Part shown: piece by piece, positions 27,587 through 40,034 of the stretch | Numbering within the stretch: the first letter of the stretch is position 1 | Layout of the letters: each line of letters begins with the position of its first letter | Assembly: GCA_963842085.1 (NCBI GenBank) | Contig: CAWJET010000001.1 | Span: 3,072,001 to 3,136,000, forward strand | Length of the DNA stretch: 64,000 bases | Source of the DNA: an uncultured delta proteobacterium | GTDB lineage: Bacteria; Desulfobacterota; Binatia; Binatales; Binataceae | Direction: 5' to 3' | Translations under genes and position numbers: made by a program | Notes under the pieces: generated by a model | What the model was told of the DNA's origin: nothing | Seen by the model: only the letters and a program-made list of their open reading frames with translations | Databases searched by the model: none

Positions 27587-28912
27587 GTGGAACAGTCTTT
27601 ATTTATTGTCGGGATCAACCATCGCAGCGCGGCCGTCGCGTTGCGTGAGCGCCTGGCGTTTGCCGACGACGAGATCGTGGCTGCGTTGGACCGGCTGCGC
27701 GAATCGTCGCCCGCGGTCGCCGAGGCGGCGTTGATTTCGACCTGCAATCGTGTCGAGGTGGTGGGCGTCGCCGCCGACCCGGCGCGCGCCGCGGATCAGA
27801 CGCTGAAATTTCTGGCCGCGGATCGAAGCGTCGCGCGAGCCGAGTTCGCCGACGCGGTCTACAGCTTTGCCGGCCGCGACGCCGCGCGCCATCTGTTCCG
27901 CGTCGGCGCGAGTCTCGATTCGATGGTGGTCGGCGAGCCGCAGATATTGGGCCAGCTCAAGCTTGCCTACGCGCACGCATCCAAGGCGCGCAGCGTCGGC
28001 CTGATTTTGCATCGCGCGTTCCACAAGGCGTTCACTGTCGCCAAGCGCGTGCGCAAGGGTACGCTTATCGGTCATGGTTCGGCCTCCGTCAGCTCGGCGG
28101 CGGTCGCACTCGCGGGCCAGATTTTCGACACCCTGAAGGACAAGACCGTGATGCTGATGGGGGCGGGCAAGATGGCGGAGGCGACCGCCCGCCAGTTGAG
28201 CGCGCTCGGCATCGAGTCGATGCTGATAACCTCGCGCACTTTCGACCGCGCGGTCGCGCTGGCGCGGGAACTTGGCGGCACCGCGGTGCCGTACGACAAC
28301 TACAAGCCGTACCTCAAGATGGTGGACGTGCTGATCGGTTCGGTCGCGGCGGCCAAGCCCATTTTGGGGCCCGACGAATTCGAGTCAGTGGTGCGCGAGC
28401 GCCGCTACCGTCCGATGTTTCTGATCGACATGGGCGTGCCGCGCAATTTCGACGAGCGGCTGAACACGCTGGAAAACGTCTATTTGTACGATATCGACGA
28501 TCTGGGCGCGCTGGTGCAGCGCTCGCTTGGCGACCGCGAGCGCGAAGCCGAAAAGGCCGAACAGATCGTCGAGCTCGAACTCGAATCGTTCCTGAAATGG
28601 CTCGCGGGCCTCGATCTCACGCCCACCATCAAGGACATCCGCTACAGTGTCGAGCGGCTGCGCGACGACGAACTGGGGCGGGCCCGTGGATGGCTGGCGC
28701 AACTCGAGCCCGCCGCGCGCGAGCGAGTCGAATTGCTGACCCGCGGCCTGACCAACAAATTGCTTCATCGTATTTTGTCGGGGCTCAAGCAGCGCGACGA
28801 CAAAACGCTCGACGCCGCGTTTGCCGCCGAGGTCGCGCGGCGCCTGCTCGGCGCTGAATTCGACGACGACGACCTTGATGACGGCGACGACATCGACACC
28901 GATATCGAGTGA
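27587..28912 (+). CDS. hemA: Glutamyl-tRNA reductase
   Basis: STCNRVE, SLDSMVVGEPQILGQ and DMGVPRN. Confidence 0.96.
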   Translation: MEQSLFIVGINHRSAAVALRERLAFADDEIVAALDRLRESSPAVAEAALISTCNRVEVVGVAADPARAADQTLKFLAADRSVARAEFADAVYSFAGRDAARHLFRVGASLDSMVVGEPQILGQLKLAYAHASKARSVGLILHRAFHKAFTVAKRVRKGTLIGHGSASVSSAAVALAGQIFDTLKDKTVMLMGAGKMAEATARQLSALGIESMLITSRTFDRAVALARELGGTAVPYDNYKPYLKMVDVLIGSVAAAKPILGPDEFESVVRERRYRPMFLIDMGVPRNFDERLNTLENVYLYDIDDLGALVQRSLGDREREAEKAEQIVELELESFLKWLAGLDLTPTIKDIRYSVERLRDDELGRARGWLAQLEPAARERVELLTRGLTNKLLHRILSGLKQRDDKTLDAAFAAEVARRLLGAEFDDDDLDDGDDIDTDIE

Positions 28913-28933
28913 CCGCCGCCGCGCTGATTCCCG

Positions 28934-29881
28934 ATGGCGCTCAAAATCAGAATCGGTTCGCGGCCAAGCAAGCTGGCGCTGGCGCAGGCGTCGATCGTGC
29001 GCGAGCGGCTCGCGGCGCAAATTTCCGGCATTGAGATTGAAATCGTCGAGATCCGCACCAGCGGCGACAAGCTGACGTCGGCCTCGCTCGCTGACGTCGG
29101 CGGCAAGGGGCTATTCATAAAGGAGTTGGAGCAGGCGCTCGCCGAGCGCACGATCGACGTGGCGGTCCATTCGATGAAGGATCTTCCGGCCGTTCTCCCC
29201 GAGCAGTTTCGCGTGGCCGCGGTGCCGGGGCGCGAGAATACGGCGGATATCCTGGTGACGCGCGACGGCTCCGCGTTGTCGGCGATGCCGGCGGGCGCAC
29301 GGCTGGGCACGTCGTCGGCGCGCCGGCGCTTCCAGGCTCTGCGGATGAATCGCGGACTTGCGATCCAGCCGCTGCGCGGCAACGTCGACACTCGTTTGAA
29401 GCGCGTCGACGACGGCAGCCTGGACGCGATCATAATCGCGATGGCGGGGTTGAAGCGGCTCGGGCGCGCGCGCGATGTGAAGTTCGTCGAGCTTGATTCC
29501 GGCGATTTTATTCCGGCGGGCGGACAGGGCGCGCTTGCGCTCGAAACGCTTTCAGTTGCCGAGCGCGACGCAAGTGCGCTTGATCGCGCGCTCCTGGCGA
29601 TCAACGACGCGCCCGCATTCTATGAAACCGCGGCCGAGCGAGCGTTCCTCGCCGCAATTGACGCGTCATGCACGACGCCCGTCGGAGTGCGGGCGAGGAT
29701 CGCGGGCGACAGGCTCGCGCTGGCGGCAATGCTGTTCAGTCCCGATGGCGCGCGCGAGTTGTCGGAGACGATGGAAGAGCGATTGGCGTCCGATCTTGCG
29801 CCGTCCGCCGCGGAAAATTCCGGCAGGCGACTCGCGGAAAAAATGCTCGCGCGCGGCGCCGCCGCGATTCTTGGGCATTGA
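28934..29881 (+). CDS. hemC: Hydroxymethylbilane synthase
   Basis: GSRPSKLALAQ, GGKGLFIKE, AVHSMKDLP, LRGNVDTRL. Confidence 0.96.
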   Translation: MALKIRIGSRPSKLALAQASIVRERLAAQISGIEIEIVEIRTSGDKLTSASLADVGGKGLFIKELEQALAERTIDVAVHSMKDLPAVLPEQFRVAAVPGRENTADILVTRDGSALSAMPAGARLGTSSARRRFQALRMNRGLAIQPLRGNVDTRLKRVDDGSLDAIIIAMAGLKRLGRARDVKFVELDSGDFIPAGGQGALALETLSVAERDASALDRALLAINDAPAFYETAAERAFLAAIDASCTTPVGVRARIAGDRLALAAMLFSPDGARELSETMEERLASDLAPSAAENSGRRLAEKMLARGAAAILGH

Positions 29882-31461
29882 TGAGCCCGCGCGCGAGCAA
29901 ACTTAAACGCGGTCGAGTGTTCCTGGTCGGCGCGGGTCCCGGCGCCTCCGATCTGATCACGCTTCGCGGTGCTGACGTTTTGAGTCGCGCCGGCGTTGTT
30001 ATCTACGACCACCTGGTTAGTCCGGAACTGATCCGGCTGGCGCCGCCTGAAGCCGAGTTGATTTACGCCGGCAAAAGGGGCGGCTCGGGAAAGAGTATCG
30101 AGCAGTCCGAGTTGAACGCGATGCTGATCCAGCACGCGCGCAAGGGACGCGTGGTCGTGCGGCTCAAGGGCGGCGACCCGTTTATCTTCGGGCGCGGTGG
30201 CGAAGAGGCCGAGGCGCTGGCGCGCGCGCGGGTCGAGTTCGAGGTGGTGCCTGGCGTCACCTCGGCGATCGCGGGTCCGGCTTACGCGGGCATTCCGCTG
30301 ACGCATCGCGAGCACGGCTCGTTCGTTGCGTTCGTCACCGGCCATGAGGACGAAAGCAAGGGCGCGCGCTCGTCGGTGCCGTGGGACGAACTGGTCGCGG
30401 CGGCGCGCAACCGCGGCACTATGGTGATCCTGATGGCGACGGCGCGGATGCGCGCCACGCTCGAGCGAATCCGCGCGGCCGGACTTCCTGCGCAAACTCC
30501 GGCGGTCGCCGTGCAATGGGCGACGACTGCGGCGCAGAAAACGGTTAGCGCAACGCTGGCGACGCTCGCCGACGAATCGGCGCGCGCAGGAATCGGCGCG
30601 CCTGCCGTAATCGTGGTTGGCGAATGCGCGGGCCTGCGCGAACAGCTCAAGTGGGTCGAGCGCTCGCCGCTGTTCGGGCGCACGATCGTGGTAACACGCT
30701 CGCGCGCGGCTGCGCCCGAGTTTGCGGCGGCCCTGCGAAGGCTCGGCGCGGAGGTGGTGGAATTCTCCACGATCGAAACCGCGCCGCCGCGAAGCTATGC
30801 GGTGTTGGACCGTGCGATCAAACGCATCAATTCCTTCGACTGGATAATTTTCACCAGTGCGATGGGAGTCGAGAGATTTATCGATCGGCTGAAGTCGCGC
30901 GGCAGCGATATTCGCGAGCTCGGGCGCGCGTCGCTCGCGGCGATCGGGCCGGCCACCGCGGCGCGCCTCGCCGACTATGCACTACGCGTCACCGCGGTTC
31001 CCGACGAATATCGCGCCGAGCAGATCGTTACCGCGATCGGGATCAAGCGGATTCGCGGCAAACGATTCCTGATTCCGCGCGCGGAAGTTGCCCGCGAGGC
31101 GCTGCCCGAAATTCTGCGCGCCAAGGGCGCCAAAGAAGTCGTGGTCGCGCCGGCGTATCGAACCGTCAAGCCCAAGGGCGCGCAGATCGATCGCATGCGT
31201 GAGCTGCTCGCGTCCGCGGCGATCGATCTGGTGACGTTTACCAGTTCGAGCACTGTCACAAATTTTTGCGAGCTGATTGGCACGTCAGGAAAAGGAGTCC
31301 GAGCGGCGGCGCTCGGGCCGATCACGGCGGCGACTGCGCGGGAGCGTGGATTCGAGGTGGTGGTGAGGCCGGCCAGGTATACGATCGAGGGGTTGACCGA
31401 GGCGATTGCCAACTACTACGGGTCAGCGAGCGAACAACTTAATCGGACAAGGAGAGGTTAG
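29881..31461 (+). CDS. cobA: Fused uroporphyrinogen-III C-methyltransferase / synthase (CobA-HemD)
   Basis: VGAGPG and RLKGGDPFIFGRGGEE, then HemD motifs WIIFTS, IGPATA and FTSSSTV; start overlaps the hemC stop. Confidence 0.93.
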   Translation: MSPRASKLKRGRVFLVGAGPGASDLITLRGADVLSRAGVVIYDHLVSPELIRLAPPEAELIYAGKRGGSGKSIEQSELNAMLIQHARKGRVVVRLKGGDPFIFGRGGEEAEALARARVEFEVVPGVTSAIAGPAYAGIPLTHREHGSFVAFVTGHEDESKGARSSVPWDELVAAARNRGTMVILMATARMRATLERIRAAGLPAQTPAVAVQWATTAAQKTVSATLATLADESARAGIGAPAVIVVGECAGLREQLKWVERSPLFGRTIVVTRSRAAAPEFAAALRRLGAEVVEFSTIETAPPRSYAVLDRAIKRINSFDWIIFTSAMGVERFIDRLKSRGSDIRELGRASLAAIGPATAARLADYALRVTAVPDEYRAEQIVTAIGIKRIRGKRFLIPRAEVAREALPEILRAKGAKEVVVAPAYRTVKPKGAQIDRMRELLASAAIDLVTFTSSSTVTNFCELIGTSGKGVRAAALGPITAATARERGFEVVVRPARYTIEGLTEAIANYYGSASEQLNRTRRG

Positions 31462-31497
31462 GGTCATCTCGCGACAAGGAGCGGCCGGGGTTCGTGC

Positions 31498-32472
31498 TCA
31501 GGCGCGGAGTTTGCGGGCTACTTCCTTGGCGAAATAGGTCAGGATCAAATCGGCGCCGGCCCGCTTGATCGATGTCAGCACTTCCAGCGTCGCGCGCTCC
31601 TCGTCGATCCATCCGTTGATGCCGGCTGCGCGGATCATCGCGTACTCGCCTGAGACGTTGTAGGCCGCTACCGGTGCATTGAACTCGTGTTTCACGCGCC
31701 AGATCAAATCCAGGTAGGGCAGCGCGGGCTTTACCATCACGATGTCCGCGCCTTCTTCCAGGTCGAGCGCGACTTCGCGCATCGCCTCGTCGCCGTTGGG
31801 CGGGTCCATCTGGTACGAGCGGCGATCGCCGAATTTCGGCGCCGACTCGGCCGCCTCGCGAAATGGGCCGTAAAATGCGGACGCGAACTTGGCCGAGTAC
31901 GCCATGATCGCGACGTGGCTGAAGCCGTTGCTGTCGAGCGCGGAGCGGATCGCGCCCACCCGCCCGTCCATCATGTCCGACGGCGCGACGATATCGGCGC
32001 CCGCGCGCGCGTGCGACAGCGCGGAGCGCGTCAGCAGTTCCAGCGTCGCGTCGTTGTCGACGTCGTTGCCGGCGAGCGCGCCGCAATGGCCGTGGTCGGT
32101 GTACTCGCACATGCATACGTCGGTGATCACCGCGAGTCCGGGCACGCGTTCCTTGATCTCGCGGATCGCGCGCTGCACTTCGCCGTAGTCGTTCCAGGCT
32201 TCGCTGCCGTGCGCGTCCTTGCGTTCGGGAATTCCAAACAAAATGACGGCCGGGACGCCGGCGGCCCAGGTCTCGCGCGCTTCAGCGACGATGTTGTCCA
32301 CCGACATTTGCGCTACCCCGGGCATCGACTCGACCGCTTTCTTCACGCCGCGTCCCGGGCACACGAACATCGGGAGGATGAGGTCGTCGGGCGACAACCG
32401 CGTCTCGCGGATCATGCGGCGGATTGTTTCGGTGCGTCGCAGGCGGCGCGGGCGATTGATTGGAAAGGGCAT
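31498..32472 (-). CDS. hemB: Porphobilinogen synthase (Zn-binding type)
   Basis: [33 protein letters not shown]. Confidence 0.97.
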   Translation of the reverse strand: MPFPINRPRRLRRTETIRRMIRETRLSPDDLILPMFVCPGRGVKKAVESMPGVAQMSVDNIVAEARETWAAGVPAVILFGIPERKDAHGSEAWNDYGEVQRAIREIKERVPGLAVITDVCMCEYTDHGHCGALAGNDVDNDATLELLTRSALSHARAGADIVAPSDMMDGRVGAIRSALDSNGFSHVAIMAYSAKFASAFYGPFREAAESAPKFGDRRSYQMDPPNGDEAMREVALDLEEGADIVMVKPALPYLDLIWRVKHEFNAPVAAYNVSGEYAMIRAAGINGWIDEERATLEVLTSIKRAGADLILTYFAKEVARKLRA

Positions 32473-32531
32473 CGTTCTGCTCGGGGTGGATTATATAGGT
32501 ATATACGCGGTCTGACAGGGGGCGCGGAAAC

Positions 32532-33293
32532 CTAATGGTCGCGCTTCAAATGGGCTTCGTAGTACGGGCGCATCGAGCGCAGCGCGCGCATCTGATGGTA
32601 GGCCAGTTCGTCGTCCGGGTAGCGATGTTCGGGGCCGAGTACGCATCCCGCGCGCGCGTGGCATCGCGGGGCACAGTCCGGCTCTACTTCGACGCGATGA
32701 GTGAGGCATTTGGGGATGTCCCATCCGGATTCGATGCTTACCGCGTTGACCGGGCAGGCCGGGATGCACGTGCGCGCGGTGCATTGCGGGCACGGATCGA
32801 AACCGAGCGCGTCGCCGGGTGAATCCAGCTCTTCGTCGAGCAGGAGCGCGGCGCGAAATGCGATCCAGGGTCCATATAAAGGATGCACCGTGACGCCGAG
32901 GATGCTCGGCCCGGCGATTCCCGCGATCTTGCCGAGCTCGATGAAGTTCAGCGTCGGGCCGCCGCGCATGAACGGATATACGGTTGTGCATCGAGCACCC
33001 GATGCGCGGATGGGGCCGGCGATGGCGCCCTCGACAACTTCGTGAGTGAAGTCGTCGAGCGGATTGTCGCGCTGCCACCATCCGGGGTGGTGGGCCGCGT
33101 GCGCTTTGAGCGCGACCCAGAGCGCGCCGCCACCGTTGCCGATGACGACGATCGAGCGTGATTGGCGATCGATCGACGAGGCGCGCGAAATTTCCCTGAC
33201 GGCGTTGTCGTAGCGCGCGACGGGAGTCGCCGCCACCAGGTTTAGTCCGTGCGGCACGGCGGCGCGGCGGATTTTATCGAGCGTCGATGACAC
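32532..33293 (-). CDS. MMACHC/QueG-like protein with a C-terminal Cys-rich Fe-S region
   Basis: NPLDD and HPLYGPWIAFRAALL motifs; CPQCTARTCIPACP...C...C...C...C. Confidence 0.6.
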   Translation of the reverse strand: MSSTLDKIRRAAVPHGLNLVAATPVARYDNAVREISRASSIDRQSRSIVVIGNGGGALWVALKAHAAHHPGWWQRDNPLDDFTHEVVEGAIAGPIRASGARCTTVYPFMRGGPTLNFIELGKIAGIAGPSILGVTVHPLYGPWIAFRAALLLDEELDSPGDALGFDPCPQCTARTCIPACPVNAVSIESGWDIPKCLTHRVEVEPDCAPRCHARAGCVLGPEHRYPDDELAYHQMRALRSMRPYYEAHLKRDH

Positions 33294-33300
33294 GCGAAGC

Positions 33301-34635
33301 TCAACCCGACGGCAACGTGATCGCGAAGATTGCGCCGTCGCCGCACAGCCCGCCCTTCTCGGTCATGCCGTAGAGCGTGTTGTCGAGAAGAATCACGTTG
33401 TCGATCGGGTTCTTGGCGTCGGTCCCGTTCTGGAAGTCGTAAATTCGCGTGTAGTTATTGCCGTCGGTGCCGATCTGAAAGACGGTGCCATTGTTCTTGC
33501 TGCCGCCCGTCTGGGTAGTGCCATAGAGCGTGGTGCCGTTCAGCAGCAGCGAGCCATACGGGTTGATGCCGTCGTTGGTCCCGGGCTTGCCGAAGCTCTG
33601 CAGGACCTTGAAGTGCTTGCCGTTGGTGTAGATCGAAAACAGTGTGCCGTTGCCGTACTTGCCGCCGTAGGTGGTCAGGCCGAACAGTGTCGAGTTGTAT
33701 TGCATCAGCGTGCCGTGGTCAGTCGTGGCGCCGTCGCTCTTGTCGATGCAGTCGGGTGTGCTGCTACCGGGGCAGCTGAAGTTGTGGAGCACTTTTAATT
33801 TTTTCGTAGTTGTGTCGAAGGAGAAGATGACGCCGACGTGGTCCTTGCCGCCGGCCCGCGTCATCCCGTAAAGCGTCGTGCCGTTGGGATCGAGAATCAG
33901 CTGGCCGTGCGGATCGGCGCCGTGCTTGCCGTCGAAGGAGAACAGCCGGGAGTAGGTGTTGCTGGAAGTGTCGAAGGAGAAGATTGTCCCGTCGCCGGTC
34001 GAGCCGCCTTTCTTGCCGCCCTGCGAGGTCATCCCGTAGAGCACGCTGCCGGCGGCAACGAAGCAACTGTGCGGCTGATCGCCGTCGTTGTTCTTGGCGC
34101 TCTTGGCGAAGTCGTAGACGGGCGGCGTCGAGTAGCTGCTGCTGCTGCCGTCGTCGTCGATGCTGAAGATGGTGCCGTTGTCATGCTGGCCGCCGGTGAG
34201 GGTTGTGCCGTAGAGGACGGTTCCGACCAGGGTCATCGCGTTGTGGCGCGGATTGTTGCCGTCGGTCTGGGCGCCGGTGAAGAAGTGATCGACCATGTAG
34301 CCGGTGCCGTCGGGCATGATTTGGAAAATCGTGCCGTCGCCCTGCGCGGTGGTGGTCGAAGTGCGGCCGAAGAGCAGGCCCGTGGCGGACACATAGGTCA
34401 ACGAGCCCTTGGGGTCGGCGCCGTCTTCGGCTTTGGTGCAGGTGCTGCCAGTCGGACCGACGCCGAAGGAGTAGAGCACGGTCTCGGTTCCGGTCGGCAT
34501 CGCGTCGGGAGCATCGTCGCCGGCGCGAGCCGCACGAGCCAGCGTAAGCGTCAGCGATAGCGCGGCGGTGACAATCGCGAGCGCGCTGAAGATAAATTTG
34601 CGATCGAATCGAATGCTGGAAAACATATTCCCCAT
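33301..34635 (-). CDS. Secreted Gloeo_Verruco (GloVer) tandem-repeat protein
   Basis: Signal peptide and about 7 repeats of the pattern LYG(T/M)TxxGGxxxxG(T/V)(I/V/L)F. Start codon uncertain. Confidence 0.8.
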   Translation of the reverse strand: MGNMFSSIRFDRKFIFSALAIVTAALSLTLTLARAARAGDDAPDAMPTGTETVLYSFGVGPTGSTCTKAEDGADPKGSLTYVSATGLLFGRTSTTTAQGDGTIFQIMPDGTGYMVDHFFTGAQTDGNNPRHNAMTLVGTVLYGTTLTGGQHDNGTIFSIDDDGSSSSYSTPPVYDFAKSAKNNDGDQPHSCFVAAGSVLYGMTSQGGKKGGSTGDGTIFSFDTSSNTYSRLFSFDGKHGADPHGQLILDPNGTTLYGMTRAGGKDHVGVIFSFDTTTKKLKVLHNFSCPGSSTPDCIDKSDGATTDHGTLMQYNSTLFGLTTYGGKYGNGTLFSIYTNGKHFKVLQSFGKPGTNDGINPYGSLLLNGTTLYGTTQTGGSKNNGTVFQIGTDGNNYTRIYDFQNGTDAKNPIDNVILLDNTLYGMTEKGGLCGDGAIFAITLPSG

Positions 34636-34713
34636 CCCTTCCACATGCGCTTTGTGAAAAATTGACTGCGCTCCATTGTAAGCGAGCCGGTTGTACTAAT
34701 CGATGCGTGCGCG

Positions 34714-35124
34714 TCAGGCGATACTGTAGGTAACGAGCGCGTCGGCGATTAGAGCGCCGGACGCGTCGATGATCTCCACGCTGAGGCTCGCGATGCGCTT
34801 GCCGGCGCGCTTCACGCGCGCGTGGGCGATCAGATCGGAATTCACGGCGAAGCCCGTGTAGTTCACGGCTATCGAGATCGTCGCGCTGCGCACGGTCGCG
34901 GTCAGGCTCCATACCGCGGCGCATGCGGCGACGTCGGCGAGCGCGGCAATCGCGCCGCCGTGAATCGGCGCGGCAGGGCCGCCCTCGTTGAGAATGCGCA
35001 AGTCGAACGGCATCCGCACGGTCGCGGCGCCGTTGGCGGCGGATTCGATCTTCAGCCCGAGCATCGCCGAGAACGGCGCTCGTTCCAGCGCCTGGATAAA
35101 GCGGCTTCGATCCTCGGCTGCCAT
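34714..35124 (-). CDS. PaaI family hotdog thioesterase
   Basis: IHGGAIAALAD motif. Confidence 0.88.
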   Translation of the reverse strand: MAAEDRSRFIQALERAPFSAMLGLKIESAANGAATVRMPFDLRILNEGGPAAPIHGGAIAALADVAACAAVWSLTATVRSATISIAVNYTGFAVNSDLIAHARVKRAGKRIASLSVEIIDASGALIADALVTYSIA

Positions 35125-35604
35125 TCAATTTCTCCGTCGCGAATTTGACGCCGCGAGCTTGAGCGCCAGCGCAACCGCTTCGGCGGCAGTGTCGGCGCGG
35201 CTCAGTCCGTCGATTTCCGGCCACGAATCGAGCGCGACGATGGGCTTGCCGAATTTCTTCGCGAAGCCGATCTCGGCCAGGGTGCCGCCCTCGCCGGCCA
35301 GCGCGATTACCGCGTCGGCGCTCGCGATAATCACGGCGTTGCGCGCCTCGCCGATGCCGGTGGCAATCGCTAATTCGATATGCGGATTCGCCGCACGGCG
35401 ATCGTATCCCGGTAAAATTCCAATCGTATGACCGCCCTCCTTGCGCGCGCCCGCCGCCGCCGATTCCATCACGCCCGTGCGACCGCCGTTCAGCAGCACG
35501 GCGCCGCGGCGCGCGATCTCGCGGCCGAGCGCGTACGCTAGCCTGGCCACGGCGCGCGGCGCGTCACCCGCGCCGATGACCGCCACAACTTGCCGCCGTT
35601 TCAT
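35125..35604 (-). CDS. TIGR00725 / LOG-like Rossmann protein
   Basis: VAVIGAG, GGRTGVME, GIGEARNAVI and GEGGTLAEI. Confidence 0.88.
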   Translation of the reverse strand: MKRRQVVAVIGAGDAPRAVARLAYALGREIARRGAVLLNGGRTGVMESAAAGARKEGGHTIGILPGYDRRAANPHIELAIATGIGEARNAVIIASADAVIALAGEGGTLAEIGFAKKFGKPIVALDSWPEIDGLSRADTAAEAVALALKLAASNSRRRN

Positions 35605-35629
35605 TTTTTCGCGCCAGCCGCCGCCTGAA

Positions 35630-36394
35630 TTATTCCTGCAAGCCGAGCGCCGCCGGCAGTTCCGCGAGGTCGGAGATGACGATGTCCGGCGCCGGGATTC
35701 CCTCGGGCAGCTCGCGGCCGCGCCTGCGAATCCACGCCGAATGCATCCCGACGCCCTTGCTGCCAAGCACGTCGTCGAGCGGAGTGTCGCCGACGAACAG
35801 GATGTCGGCCGGTTCGAGGCGCATCGCGTCGAGAATTTTTTTGAAGATGAGCGGATTGGGTTTTCGATAGCCGGTGTCGGCCGAGATAATCACCGGGTCG
35901 AACAGCTCGCGGATGCCGGTATCGTCCATGATGAGGTGGCCGGTCTCCGAATCGTCGAAGTTGGAGATCAAGCCGACGCGGTGGTGTTTGGCGATTCGTT
36001 TCATCGCGTCGATACGTGCAGCCGGCGCCCTGGTCACCGCGCGCACGCGCGCCATGTGGATTCGGCGCAGATTTTCGGCCAGCGCTGCGGCTTGATCTTC
36101 GTCGACATCGAGCAGTTTCAGCGTGCGCGAGAAGCGCTCGAGGCAGGTGATCTCGATCGCGTCGGGCTTTGATCGCTCGGTGAATATCTCGCTGTAGACC
36201 GCCGCGTGCGCCTCGGAGAATTTTTCCGGGTCGAAGCGCTCGCCGAGCGCGGCTTCCAGCGTGTCATAGAGCAGGGGAGTCGTGCTGCGAATTTCGCGCC
36301 CGCGAAATTGCATCAGCGGCAGACCGTCGGGATTCCAGTTGACGAGCGTATCGAACAAATCGATCACGACCGCCTTGTAGCTATGCTCAGCCAC
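35630..36394 (-). CDS. HAD-superfamily hydrolase
   Basis: DLFDTLV, ISNFD, KPNPLIF and VGDTPLDDV. Confidence 0.9.
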   Translation of the reverse strand: MAEHSYKAVVIDLFDTLVNWNPDGLPLMQFRGREIRSTTPLLYDTLEAALGERFDPEKFSEAHAAVYSEIFTERSKPDAIEITCLERFSRTLKLLDVDEDQAAALAENLRRIHMARVRAVTRAPAARIDAMKRIAKHHRVGLISNFDDSETGHLIMDDTGIRELFDPVIISADTGYRKPNPLIFKKILDAMRLEPADILFVGDTPLDDVLGSKGVGMHSAWIRRRGRELPEGIPAPDIVISDLAELPAALGLQE

Positions 36395-36857
36395 GCCCGG
36401 TCAGCGCTCCCGCGGTGCCGACGACTGCGGCAAGATTCAGCAGCAGCACGGCGCCGTTGAGGGTCACCGACATGCCGTGCAGGCGGTCGAACTCCGCCTT
36501 GCGCGCAGGATCGGGATTCGGTTCTTCGTTGACGGTGCGGATAGCGTCGGCGCGCGGCAGAATGACGGTGCCGGCATAGAAGCTGATTGCGAGCGCGATC
36601 GCCAGCACCAGCGTCGTGATGCCCCACCACATCCGCGGGCCGCGCACCGCGGTCAAATAGATCGCGAGCACCAGGCTCACAGTTCCCGCGATGTAGCCCA
36701 GCATGTAGTAGCGCGGGAAGATTGTGCTGATCAGTTGACCCGCCTCCGGTCGCGGCAGGACCGTGAAAACGGCCGGCGCCGTGAAAAACGAGAAAAACAC
36801 AATTCCGCCTAGCCAGCATCCGAGCGCCGCCAGGTAAATCGACAAGACTATGATCAT
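36387..36857 (-). CDS. DUF4149 membrane protein
   Basis: WLGGIVFFSFFTAPAVF...AG...IFPRYY...FDRLHGMS. Confidence 0.8.
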   Translation of the reverse strand: MIIVLSIYLAALGCWLGGIVFFSFFTAPAVFTVLPRPEAGQLISTIFPRYYMLGYIAGTVSLVLAIYLTAVRGPRMWWGITTLVLAIALAISFYAGTVILPRADAIRTVNEEPNPDPARKAEFDRLHGMSVTLNGAVLLLNLAAVVGTAGALTGRG

Positions 36858-36888
36858 TTTCTTCAGTGACCGGAGACCGGCATCGCGA

Positions 36889-37314
36889 TCAGTTGAGCCA
36901 TCGGTTGGGCGCGCCGGGCAGCGGCTGGCGCCCGGAGAATCCACTGTCCACGCTGTGCCATGCGACGACGCGCGGCTCGCCGAACTGCCAGCACAGAAAA
37001 ACGACTTCGTCGCCCGCGTCGTACGGGAAATCGATCAGGCCGAGGTCGATGTCCTTGAGGATGCATCCGAACGCCTCGATTTGAGCGGCGGCGTCGGCCA
37101 TGTTGGTCGCGAACGAGCGCAACTCCGGGTAGCGCCCGACGATTTCGCTCATCGCCGAGTGCAAAATCGAGGGATCGGCCACCGACAGTTCCTCGACGCG
37201 CGCGCGCAACGACGTCGCCTGCATCTGGAGCTGGCGCATCAAAATTTCCAGCCGTGGAATCAGCTCGTTGGCTTCTTCCTCGCTGAATAACTTATCAAAT
37301 CCAATATTGGGCAA
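36889..37314 (-). CDS. DUF2203 family protein
   Basis: FSEEEANELIP, LKDIDLGLIDFP, LCWQFGE and GFSGRQP. Confidence 0.85.
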   Translation of the reverse strand: MPNIGFDKLFSEEEANELIPRLEILMRQLQMQATSLRARVEELSVADPSILHSAMSEIVGRYPELRSFATNMADAAAQIEAFGCILKDIDLGLIDFPYDAGDEVVFLCWQFGEPRVVAWHSVDSGFSGRQPLPGAPNRWLN

Positions 37315-37477
37315 CGTTTCCTCGTCAGTGGCGCGGGCCGCTCCCCGTGATTAGCTTCTTACCCAAGAGGTAACCTTGTCTGCCCCACCTCCGTATATTA
37401 CGGTGAAATTTGGGTTGCGTGGAAGCGTGGCGAGCGCGGGCGCGGCGGGGTCCCTCCTTACGAGGTTCGATTGACCT

Positions 37478-39922
<2,445 letters not shown>

Positions 39923-39930
39923 CCCTCTGT

Positions 39931-39951
39931 CTCCTCTCCCTATAAGGGAGA
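39931..39951. repeat. REP-like hairpin after lon
   Basis: CCTCTCCCT-ATA-AGGGAGAGG; related CCCTCTCCC motifs occur at 47088-47163. Confidence 0.55.
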
Positions 39952-40034
39952 GGATGAAGGTGAGCGTCCTTTTCCAGCGCGCTAGTTCGCGCGAGATTCA
40001 GGATTCCGACTCTGCGCAGACCAGGTTTCCTGCA

